A program made the position numbers and the translations under genes. A DNA stretch of 64,000 nucleotides from Eledone cirrhosa (Eukaryota), in contig OZ024743.1 in the NCBI GenBank assembly GCA_964016885.1, positions 236,530,001-236,594,000 of the forward strand, given 5' to 3'. The notes below the pieces were generated by a model. It ran no database searches. It saw only the letters and a program-made list of their open reading frames with translations, and was not told the DNA's origin. Shown here piece after piece: positions 53,101-64,000 of the stretch (position 1 is its first letter; the number at the start of each line of letters is the position of its first letter).

Positions 53101-55479
53101 CTCCTATACTACTGGTTGTATGTTCCTTCAGTCAATCTCCTATACTACTGGTTGTATATTCCTTCAGTCAATCTCCTATATTACAGGTTGTATGTTCCTT
53201 CAGTCAATCTCCTATACTACTGGTTGTATGTTCCTTCAGTCAATCTCCTATACTACGGGTTGTATGTTCCTTCAGTCAATCTCCTATACTACGGGTTGTA
53301 TGTTCCTTCAGTCAATCTCCTATACTACAGGTTGTATGTTCCTTCAGTCAATCTCCTATACTACTGGTTGTATGTTCCTTCAGTCAATCTCCTATACTAC
53401 AGGTTGTATGTTCCTTCAGTCAATCTCCTATACTACTGGTTGTATATTCCTTCAGTCAATCTCCTATACTACAGGTTGTATGTTCCTTCAGTCAATCTCC
53501 TATACTACTGGTTGTATGTTCCTTCAGTCAATCTCCTATACTACGGGTTGTATGTTCCTTCAGTCAATCTACTATACTACAGGTTGTATGTTCCTTCAGT
53601 CAATCCCCTATACTACTGGTTGTATATTCCTTCAGTCAATCCCCTATACTACTGGTTGTATATTCCTTCAGTCAATCTCCTATGCTACTCGTTGTATGTT
53701 CCTTCAGTCAATCTCCTATACTACAGGTTGTATGTTCCTTCAGTCAATCTCTTATAAAACTGGTTGTATGTTCCTTCAGTCAATCTCCTATACTACTGGT
53801 TGTATGTTGCTTCAGTCAATATCCTATACTACTGGTTGTATGTTCCTTCAGTCAATCTCCTATAATACTGGTTGTATGTTCCTTCAGTCAATCTCCTATA
53901 TTACTGGTTGTATATTCCTTCAGTTAATCTACTATACTACGTGTTGTATATTCCTTCAGTCAATCTCCTATACTACTGGTTGTATATTCCTTCAGTCAAT
54001 CTCCTATACTACTGGTTGTATGTTCCTTCAGTCAATCTCCTATACTACAGGTTGTATGTTCCTTCAGTCAATCTCCTATACTACTGGTTGTATGTTCCTT
54101 CAGTCAATCTCCTATACTACTGGTTGTATGTTCCTTCAGTCAATCTCCTATACTACTGGTTGTATATTCCTTCAGTTAATCTCCTATACTACTGGTTGTA
54201 TGTTCCTTCAGTTAATCTCCTATACTACTGGTTGTATGTTCCTTCAGTTAATCTCCTATACTACTGGTTGTATGTTCCTTCAGTCAATCTCCTATACTAC
54301 TGGTTGTATATTCCTTCAGTTAATCTCCTATACTACTGGTTGTATGTTCCTTCAGTCAATTCCTATACTACTGGTTGTATGTTCCTTCAGTCAATCTCCT
54401 ATACTACTGGTTGTATATTCCTTCAGTCAATCTCCTATACTACAGGTTGTATATTCCTTCAGTCAATCTCCTATACTACAGGTTGTATGTTCCTTCAGTC
54501 AATCTCATATACTACTGGTTGTATATTCCTTCAGTCAATCTCCTATACTACAGGTTGTATATTCCTTCAGTCAATCTCCTATACTACAGGCTGTATGTTC
54601 CTTCAGTCAATCTCCTATACTACTGGTTGTATATTCCTTCAGTTAATCTCCTATACTACTGGTTGTATGTTCCTTCAGTCAATCTCCTATACTACTGGTG
54701 GTATGTTCCTTCAGTCAATCTCCTATACTACTGGTTGTATATTCCTTCAGTCAATCTCCTATACTACAGGTTGTATATTCCTTCAGTTAATCTCCTATAC
54801 TACTGGTTGTATGTTCCTTCAGTCAATCTCCTATACTACGGATTGTATGTTCCTTCAGTCAATCTCCTATACTACTGGTTGTATGTTCTTTCAGTCAATC
54901 TCCTATACTACGGATTGTATATTCCTTCAGTCAATCTCCTATACTACAGGTTGTATGTTCCTTCAGTCAATCTCCTATACTACTGTTTGTATATTCCTTC
55001 AGTCAATCTCCTATACTACTGGTTGTATGTTCCTTCAGTCAATCTCCTATACTACGGATTGTATGTTCCTTCAGTCAATCTCCTATACTACTGGTTGTAT
55101 ATTCCTTCAATCAATCTCCTATACTACTGGTTGTATGTTCCTTCAGTCAATCTCCTATACTACAGGTTGTATATTCCTTCAGTCAATCTCCTACACTACT
55201 AGTTGTATGTTCCTTCAGTCAATCTCCTATACTACAGGTTGTATATTCATTCAGTCAATCTCCTGTACTACTGGTTGTATGTTCCTTCAGTCAATCTCCT
55301 ATACTACAGGTTGTATATTCCTTCAGTCAATCTCCTATAATATGGATTGTATGTTCCTGCAGTCAATCTCCTATACTACTGGTTGTATGTTCCTTCAGTC
55401 AATCTCCTATACTACGGGTTGTATGATCCTTCAGTCAATCTCCTATACTACAGGTTGTATGTTCCTTCAGTCAATCTCC

Positions 55480-58400
55480 TATACTACAGGTTGTATGTTC
55501 CTTCAGTCAATCTCCTATACTACTGGTTGTATGTTCCTTCAGTCAATCTCCTATACTACGGATTGTATGTTCCTTCAGTCAATCCCCAATACTACTGGTT
55601 GTATGTTCCTTCAGTCAATCTCCTATACAACTGGTTGTATATTCCTTCAGTCAATCTCCTATACTACTGGTTGTATGTTCCTTCAGTCAATCTCCTATAC
55701 TACAGGTTGTATATTCCTTCAGTCAATCTCCTATACTACAGGTTGTATGTTCCTTCAGTCAATCTCCTATACTACAGGTTGTATATTCCTTCAGTCAATC
55801 TCCTATACTACAGGTTGTATGTTCCTTCAGTCAATCTCATATACTACTGGTCGTATATTCCTTCAGTCAATCTCCTATACTACAGGTTGTATATTCCTTC
55901 AGTCAATCTCCTATACTACAGGCTGTATGTTCCTTCAGTCAATCTCCTATACTACTGGTTGTATATTCCTTCAGTTAATCTCCTATACTACTGGTTGTAT
56001 GTTCCTTCAGTCAATCTCCTATACTACAGGTTGTATGTTCCTTCAGTCAATCTCCTATACTACAGGTTGTATATTCCTTCAGTCAATCTCCTATACTACA
56101 GGTTGTATGTTCCTTCAGTCAAACTCCTATACTACTGGTTGTATATTCCTTCAGTCAATCTCCTATACTACTGGTTGTATATTCCTTCAGTCAATCTCCT
56201 ATACTACAGGTTGTATATTCCTTCAGTTAATCTCCTATACTACTGGTTGTAGGTTCCTTCAGTTAATCTCCTATACTACTGGTTGTATGTTCCTTCAGTC
56301 AATCTCCTATACTACAGGTTGAATATTCCTTCAGTCAATCTCCTATACTACTGGTTGTATGTTCCTTCAGTCAATCTCCTATACTACGGATTGTATGTTC
56401 CTTCAGTCAATCTCCTATACTACTGGTTGTATGTTCCTTTAGTCAATCTCCTATACTACTGGTTGTATGTTCCTTCAGTCAATCTCCTATACTACGGATT
56501 GTATGTTCCTTCAGTCAATCTCCTATACTACTGGTTGTATGTTCCTTCAGTCAATCTCCTATACTACTGGTTGTATGTTCCTTCAGTCAATCTCCTATAC
56601 TACGGATTGTATGTTCCTTCAGTCAATCTCCTATACTACTGGTTGTATGTTCCTTCAGTCAATCTCCTATACTACGGATTGTATATTCCTTCAGTCAATC
56701 TCCTATACTACAGGTTGTATGTTCCTTCAGTCAATCTCCTATACTACTGGTTGTATATTCCTTCAGTCAATCTCCTATACTACTGGTTGTATGTTCCTTC
56801 AGTCAATCTCCTATACTACGGATTGTATGTTCCTTCAGTCAATCTCCTATACTACTGGTTGTATATTCCTTCAATCAATCTCCTATACTACTGGTTGTAT
56901 GTTCCTTCAGTCAATCTCCTATAGTACAGGTTGTATATTCCTTCAGTCAATCTCCTACACTACTAATCGTATGTTCCTTCAGTCAATCTCCTATACTACA
57001 GGTTCTATATTCATTCAGTCAATCTCCTGTACTACTGGTTGTATGTTCCTTCAGTCAATCTCCTATACTACAGGTTGTATATTCCTTCAGTCAATCTCCT
57101 ATACTACAGGTTGTATGTTCCTTCAGTCAATCTCCTATACTACAGGTTGTATATTCCTTCAGTCAATCTCCTATACTACTGGTTGTATGTTCCTTCAGTC
57201 AATCTCCTATACTACAGGTTGTATATTCCTTCAGTCAATCTCCTATACTACAGGTTGTATGTTCCTTCAGTCAATCTCCTATACTACAGGTTGTATATTC
57301 CTTCAGTCAATCTCCTACACTACTAATTGTATGTTCCTTCAGTCAATCTCCTATACTACAGGTTGTATGTTCCTTCAGTCAATCTCCTATACTACTGGTT
57401 GTATGTTCCTTCAGTCAATCTCCTATACTACGGATTGTATGTTCCTTCAGTCAATCCCCAATACTACTGGTTGTATGTTCCTTCAGTCAATCTCCTATAC
57501 AACTGGTTGTATATTCCTTCAGTCAATCTCCTATACTACTGGTTGTATGTTCCTTCAGTCAATCTCCTATACTACAGGTTGTATATTCCTTCAGTCAATC
57601 TCCTATACTACAGGTTGTATGTTCCTTCAGTCAATCTCCTATACTACAGGTTGTATATTCCTTCAGTCAATCTCCTATACTACAGGTTGTATGTTCCTTC
57701 AGTCTATCTCATATACTACTGGTCGTATATTCCTTCAGTCAATCTCCTATACTACAGGTTGTATATTCCTTCAGTCAATCTCCTATACTACAGGCTGTAT
57801 GTTCCTTCAGTCAATCTCCTATACTACTGGTTGTATATTCCTTCAGTTAATCTCCTATACTACTGGTTGTATGTTCCTTCAGTCAATCTCCTATACTACA
57901 GGTTGTATGTTCCTTCAGTCAATCTCCTATACTACAGGTTGTATATTCCTTCAGTCAAACTCCTATACTACTGGTTGTATATTCCTTCAGTCAATCTCCT
58001 ATACTACAGGTTGTATATTCCTTCAATTAATCTCCTATACTACTGGTTGTAGGTTCCTTCAGTTAATCTCCTATACTACTGGTTGTATGTTCCTTCAGTC
58101 AATCTCCTATACTACAGGTTGAATATTCCTTCAGTCAATCTCCTATACTACTGGTTGTATGTTCCTTCAGTCAATCTCCTATACTACGGATTGTATGTTC
58201 CTTCAGTCAATCTCCTATACTACTGGTTGTATGTTCCTTCAGTCAATCTCCTATACTACTGGTTGTATGTTCCTTCAGTCAATCTCCTATACTACGGATT
58301 GTATGTTCCTTCAGTCAATCTCCTATACTACTGGTTGTATGTTCCTTCAGTCAATCTCCTATACTACTGGTTGTATGTTCCTTCAGTCAATCTCCTATAC

Positions 58401-58980
58401 TACGGATTGTATGTTCCTTCAGTCAATCTCCTATACTACTGGTTGTATGTTCCTTCAGTCAATCTCCTATACTACGGATTGTATATTCCTTCAGTCAATC
58501 TCCTATACTACAGGTTGTATGTTCCTTCAGTCAATCTCCTATACTACTGGTTGTATATTCCTTCAGTCAATCTCCTATACTACTGGTTGTATGTTCCTTC
58601 AGTCAATCTCCTATACTACGGATTGTATGTTCCTTCAGTCAATCTCCTATACTACTGGTTGTATATTCCTTCAATCAATCTCCTATACTACTGGTTGTAT
58701 GTTCCTTCAGTCAATCTCCTATAGTACAGGTTGTATATTCCTTCAGTCAATCTCCTACACTACTAATTGTATGTTCCTTCAGTCAATCTCCTATACTACA
58801 GGTTCTATATTCATTCAGTCAATCTCCTGTACTACTGGTTGTATGTTCCTTCAGTCAATCTCCTATACTACAGGTTGTATATTCCTTCAGTCAATCTCCT
58901 ATACTACAGGTTGTATGTTCCTTCAGTCAATCTCCTATACTACAGGTTGTATATTCCTTCAGTCAATCTCCTATACTACA
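55480..58980. repeat. Tandem duplication with a ~1,800-bp (50-monomer) period; the left part is offset 1,872 bp
   Basis: ORFs 56283..56924 and 58083..58724 match; ATAGTAC at 56921/58721; TATACAAC at 55624/57496. Confidence 0.78.
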
Positions 58981-61900
58981 GGTTGTATGTTCCCTCAGTC
59001 AAACTCCTATACTACTGGTTGTATATTCCTTCAGTTAATCTCCTATACTACGGTTGTATATTCCTTCAGTCAATCTCCTATACTACAGGTTGTATGTTCC
59101 TTCAGTCAATCTCCTATAATATGGATTGTATGTTCCTGCAGTCAATCTCCTATACTACTGGTTGTATGTTCCTTCAGTCAATCTCCTATACTACGGGTTG
59201 TATGATCCTTCAGTCAATCTCCTATACTACAGGTTGTATGTTCCTTCAGTCAATCTCCTATACTACAGGTTGTATGTTCCTTCAGTCAATCTCCTATACT
59301 ACAGGTTGTATGTTCCTTCAGTCAATCTCCTATACTACTGGTTGTATGTTCCTTCAGTCAATCTCCTATACTACGGATTGTATGTTCCTTCAGTTAATCC
59401 CCAATACTACTGGTTGTATGATCCTTCAGTCAATCTCCTATACAACTGGTTGTATATTCCTTCAGTCAATCTCCTATACTACTGGTTGTATGTTCCTTCA
59501 GTCAATCTCCTATACTACAGGTTGTATCTTCCTTCAGTCAATCTCCTATACTACAGGTTGTATGTTCCTTCAGTCAATCTCCTATACTACAGGTTGTATA
59601 TTCCTTCAGTCAATCTCCTATACTACAGGTTGTATGTTCCTTCAGTCAATCTCATATACTACTGGTCGTATATTCCTTCAGTCAATCTCCTATACTACTG
59701 GTTGTATGTTCCTTCAGTCAATCTCCTATACTACAGGTTGTATATTCCTTCAGTCAATCTCCTATACTACAGGTTGTATGTTCCTTCAGTCAATCTCCTA
59801 TACTACAGGTTGTATATTCCTTCAGTCAATCTCCTATACTACAGGTTGTATGTTCCTTCAGTCAAACTCCTATACTACTGGTTGTATATTCCTTCAGTCA
59901 ATCTCCTATACTACTGGTTGTATATTCCTTCAGTCAATCTCCTATACTACAGGTTGTATATTCCTTCAGTTAATCTCCTATACTACTGGTTGTAGGTTCC
60001 TTCAGTTAATCTCCTATACTACTGGTTGTATGTTCCTTCAGTCAATGTCCTATACTACAGGTTGTATGTTCCTTCAGTCAATCTCCTATACTACAGGTTG
60101 TATATTCCTTCAGTCAATCTCCTATACTACAGGTTGTATGTTCCTTCAGTCAAACTCCTATACTACTGGTTGTATATTCCTTCAGTCAATCTCATATACT
60201 ACTGGTTGTATATTCCTTCAGTCAATCTCCTGTACTACTGGTTGTATGTTCCTTCAGTCAATCTCCTATACTACAGGTTGTATATTCCTTCAGTCAATCT
60301 CCTATACTACTGGTTGTATGTTCCTTCAGTCAATCTCCTATACTACAGGTTGTATATTCCTTCAGTCAATCTCCTATACTACAGGTTGTATGTTCCTTCA
60401 GTCAAACTCCTATACTACTGGTTGTATATTCCTTCAGTCAATCTCCTATACTACTGGTTGTATATTCCTTCGGTCAATCTCCTATACTACAGGTTGTATA
60501 TTCCTTCAGTTAATCTCCTATACTACGGGTTGTATATTCCTTCAGTCAATCTCCTATAATACAGGTTGTATGTTCCTTCAGTCAATCTCCTATAATATGG
60601 ATTGTATGTTCCTGCAGTCAATCTCCTATACTACTGGTTGTATGTTCCTTCAGTCAATCTCCTATACTACGGGTTGTATGATCCTTCAGTCAATCTCCTA
60701 TACTACAGGTTGTATGTTCCTTCAGTCAATCTCCTATACTACAGGTTGTATGTTCCTTCAGTCAATCTCCTATACTACTGGTTGTATGTTCCTTCAGTCA
60801 ATCTCCTATACTACGGATTGTATGTTCCTTCAGTCAATCCCCAATACTACTGGTTGTATGTTCCTTCAGTCAATCTCCTATACAACTGGTTGTATATTCC
60901 TTCAGTCAATCTCCTATACTACTGGTTGTATGTTCCTTCAGTCAATCTCCTATACTACAGGTTGTATATTCCTTCAGTCAATCTCCTATACTACAGGTTG
61001 TATGTTCCTTCAGTCAATCTCCTATACTACAGGTTGTATATTCCTTCAGTCAATCTCCTATACTACAGGTTGTATGTTCCTTCAGTCAATCTCATATACT
61101 ACTGGTCGTATATTCCTTCAGTCAATCTCCTATACTACAGGTTGTATATTCCTTCAGTCAATCTCCTATACTACAGGCTGTATGTTCCTTCAGTCAATCT
61201 CCTATACTACTGGTTGTATGTTCCTTCAGTCAATCTCCTATACTACGGATTGTATGTTCCTTCAGTCAATCTCCTATACTACTGGTTGTATGTTCCTTCA
61301 GTCAATCTCCTATACTACTGGTTGTATGTTCCTTCAGTCAATCTCCTATACTACGGATTGTATGTTCCTTCAGTCAATCTCCTATACTACTGGTTGTATG
61401 TTCCTTCAGTCAATCTCCTATACTACTGGTTGTATGTTCCTTCAGTCAATCTCCTATACTACGGATTGTATGTTCCTTCAGTCAATCTCCTATACTACTG
61501 GTTGTATGTTCCTTCAGTCAATCTCCTATACTACGGATTGTATATTCCTTCAGTCAATCTCCTATACTACAGGTTGTATGTTCCTTCAGTCAATCTCCTA
61601 TACTACTGGTTGTATATTCCTTCAGTCAATCTCCTATACTACTGGTTGTATGTTCCTTCAGTCAATCTCCTATACTACGGATTGTATGTTCCTTCAGTCA
61701 ATCTCCTATACTACTGGTTGTATATTCCTTCAATCAATCTCCTATACTACTGGTTGTATGTTCCTTCAGTCAATCTCCTATAGTACAGGTTGTATATTCC
61801 TTCAGTCAATCTCCTACACTACTAATTGTATGTTCCTTCAGTCAATCTCCTATACTACAGGTTCTATATTCATTCAGTCAATCTCCTGTACTACTGGTTG

Positions 61901-63790
61901 TATGTTCCTTCAGTCAATCTCCTATACTACAGGTTGTATATTCCTTCAGTCAATCTCCTATACTACAGGTTGTATGTTCCTTCAGTCAATCTCCTATACT
62001 ACAGGTTGTATATTCCTTCAGTCAATCTCCTATACTACTGGTTGTATGTTCCTTCAGTCAATCTCCTATACTACAGGTTGTATATTCCTTCAGTCAATCT
62101 CCTATACTACAGGTTGTATGTTCCTTCAGTCAATCTCCTATACTACAGGTTGTATATTCCTTCAGTCAATCTCCTACACTACTAATTGTATGTTCCTTCA
62201 GTCAATCTCCTATACTACAGGTTGTATGTTCCTTCAGTCAATCTCCTATACTACTGGTTGTATGTTCCTTCAGTCAATCTCCTATACTACGGATTGTATG
62301 TTCCTTCAGTCAATCCCCAATACTACTGGTTGTATGTTCCTTCAGTCAATCTCCTATACAACTGGTTGTATATTCCTTCAGTCAATCTCCTATACTACTG
62401 GTTGTATGTTCCTTCAGTCAATCTCCTATACTACAGGTTGTATATTCCTTCAGTCAATCTCCTATACTACAGGTTGTATGTTCCTTCAGTCAATCTCCTA
62501 TACTACAGGTTGTATATTCCTTCAGTCAATCTCCTATACTACAGGTTGTATGTTCCTTCAGTCTATCTCATATACTACTGGTCGTATATTCCTTCAGTCA
62601 ATCTCCTATACTACAGGTTGTATATTCCTTCAGTCAATCTCCTATACTACAGGTTGTATATTCCTTCAGTCAATCTCCTATACTACAGGTTGTATGTTCC
62701 TTCAGTCAATCTCATATACTACTGGTCGTATATTCCTTCAGTCAATCTCCTATACTACTGGTTGTATGTTCCTTCAGTCAATCTCCTATACTACAGGTTG
62801 TATATTCCTTCAGTCAATCTCCTATACTACAGGTTGTATGTTCCTTCAGTCAATCTCCTATACTACAGGTTGTATATTCCTTCAGTCAATCTCCTATACT
62901 ACAGGTTGTATGTTCCTTCAGTCAAACTCCTATACTACTGGTTGTATATTCCTTCAGTCAATCTCCTATACTACTGGTTGTATATTCCTTCAGTCAATCT
63001 CCTATACTACAGGTTGTATATTCCTTCAGTTAATCTCCTATACTACTGGTTGTAGGTTCCTTCAGTTAATCTCCTATACTACTGGTTGTATGTTCCTTCA
63101 GTCAATCTCCTATACTACAGGTTGTATGTTCCTTCAGTCAATCTCCTATACTACAGGTTGTATATTCCTTCAGTCAATCTCCTATACTACAGGTTGTATG
63201 TTCCTTCAGTCAAACTCCTATACTACTGGTTGTATATTCCTTCAGTCAATCTCCTATACTACTGGTTGTATATTCCTTCAGTCAATCTCCTGTACTACTG
63301 GTTGTATGTTCCTTCAGTCAATCTCCTATACTACAGGTTGTATATTCCTTCAGTCAATCTCCTATACTACAGGTTGTATGTTCCTTCAGTCAATCTCCTA
63401 TACTACAGGTTGTATATTCCTTCAGTCAATCTCCTATACTACAGGTTGTATGTTCCTTCAGTCAAACTCCTATACTACTGGTTGTATATTCCTTCAGTCA
63501 ATCTCCTATACTACTGGTTGTATATTCCTTCGGTCAATCTCCTATACTACAGGTTGTATATTCCTTCAGTTAATCTCCTATACTACGGGTTGTATATTCC
63601 TTCAGTCAATCTCCTATAATACAGGTTGTATGTTCCTTCAGTCAATCTCCTATAATATGGATTGTATGTTCCTGCAGTCAATCTCCTATACTACTGGTTG
63701 TATGTTCCTTCAGTCAATCTCCTATACTACGGGTTGTATGATCCTTCAGTCAATCTCCTATACTACAGGTTGTATGTTCCTTCAGTCAAT
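58140..63790. repeat. Imperfect duplication with a ~3,060-bp (85-monomer) period
   Basis: GTAGG stop ends at 59995/63055, ORFs 60026/63086, CGGTCAAT at 60471/63531, TAATATGG at ~60593/63653, ATAGTAC at 58721/61780 (3,059 across the -1 indel). The middle parts differ. Confidence 0.75.
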
Positions 63791-64000
63791 CTCCTATACT
63801 ACGGGTTGTATGATCCTTCAGTCAATCTCCTATACTACAGGTTGTATGTTCCTTCAGTCAATCTCCTATACTACAGGTTGTATGTTCCTTCAGTCAATCT
63901 CCTATACTACTGGTTGTATGTTCCTTCAGTCAATCTCCTATACTACGGATTGTATGTTCCTTCAGTCAATCTCCTATACTACTGGTTGTATATTCCTTCA

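Larger units (their letters stand above)
1..64000. repeat. Tandem satellite/minisatellite array of a 36-bp monomer, about 1,778.6 copies, single orientation, running to both window edges
   Basis: Monomer AC[T/A/G]GGTTGTAT[G/A]TTCCTTCAGTCAATCTCCTATACT repeats from base 1 to 64000, mostly with 0-3 substitutions per copy. The 36-bp register is kept apart from six small indels. Confidence 0.99.

Noticed and set aside
39939-59205. Chimeric ORFs that switch repeat peptide (39939..42623, 41450..43429, 51680..54646, 53872..56322, 58159..59205) as programmed frameshifting or phase variation
   Set aside because: Each is explained by one of the three single-base indels at ~41958, ~54361 and ~59051. There is no slippery site or gene context.
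6-63619. Long ORFs of (MFLQSISYTTGC)n, (LYVPSVNLLYYW)n and (VVCSFSQSPILL)n as protein-coding genes
   Set aside because: They overlap in three frames and follow from a stop-free 36-bp unit. Their ends are set by sporadic point variants, and they have no unique domains or expression signals.
1-64000. CRISPR array: the 36-bp unit can be phased as GTTGTA...CTACAG with complementary ends, superficially like type II-C direct repeats
   Set aside because: Units abut directly with no spacers, and there is no leader, tracrRNA or cas gene in the window. The similarity is limited to a few terminal bases.
1-64000. Telomerase-type telomeric repeat or plasmid iteron array
   Set aside because: There is no recognisable G-rich telomeric motif, and inherited multi-kb variant patterns indicate recombinational amplification rather than templated addition. 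Iteron clusters have few copies and lie beside a rep gene.
1-64000. Rolling-circle or concatemer sequencing artefact of one small template
   Set aside because: Variants are hierarchical, linked, regionally distinct and almost free of indels, unlike random read error. Local mis-assembly of near-identical blocks remains possible.
1-64000. Diversity-generating retroelement or antigenic-variation cassette array
   Set aside because: There is no reverse transcriptase, recombinase or expression locus, and variation is not adenine-specific and is confined to a few inherited alleles.

Overview
The whole 64,000-bp window is one uninterrupted, head-to-tail tandem array of a 36-bp monomer, consensus ACTGGTTGTATGTTCCTTCAGTCAATCTCCTATACT (39% GC, 67% pyrimidine on the + strand). 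Phase bookkeeping gives 1,778 complete monomers plus 20 nt: the only length changes I found are three copies of one 9-bp deletion and three single-base indels, net -28 bp, and 64,028 = 1,778 x 36 + 20. I saw no unique sequence, spacers, inversions, RNA genes or mobile elements, and neither end of the array is in the window. All listed ORFs arise because the monomer length is divisible by 3 and the + strand consensus has no stop codon; none is called as a gene. The informative structure is in the pattern of monomer variants: two common polymorphic sites, recurring rare-variant cassettes, nested duplications from 72 bp to about 4 kb, three regional sub-families, and an 18-bp imperfect palindrome in each monomer. 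This is most consistent with a young, actively homogenising satellite or minisatellite array, probably eukaryotic (inference). I do not recognise the family, and the sequence alone does not demonstrate a new functional system.
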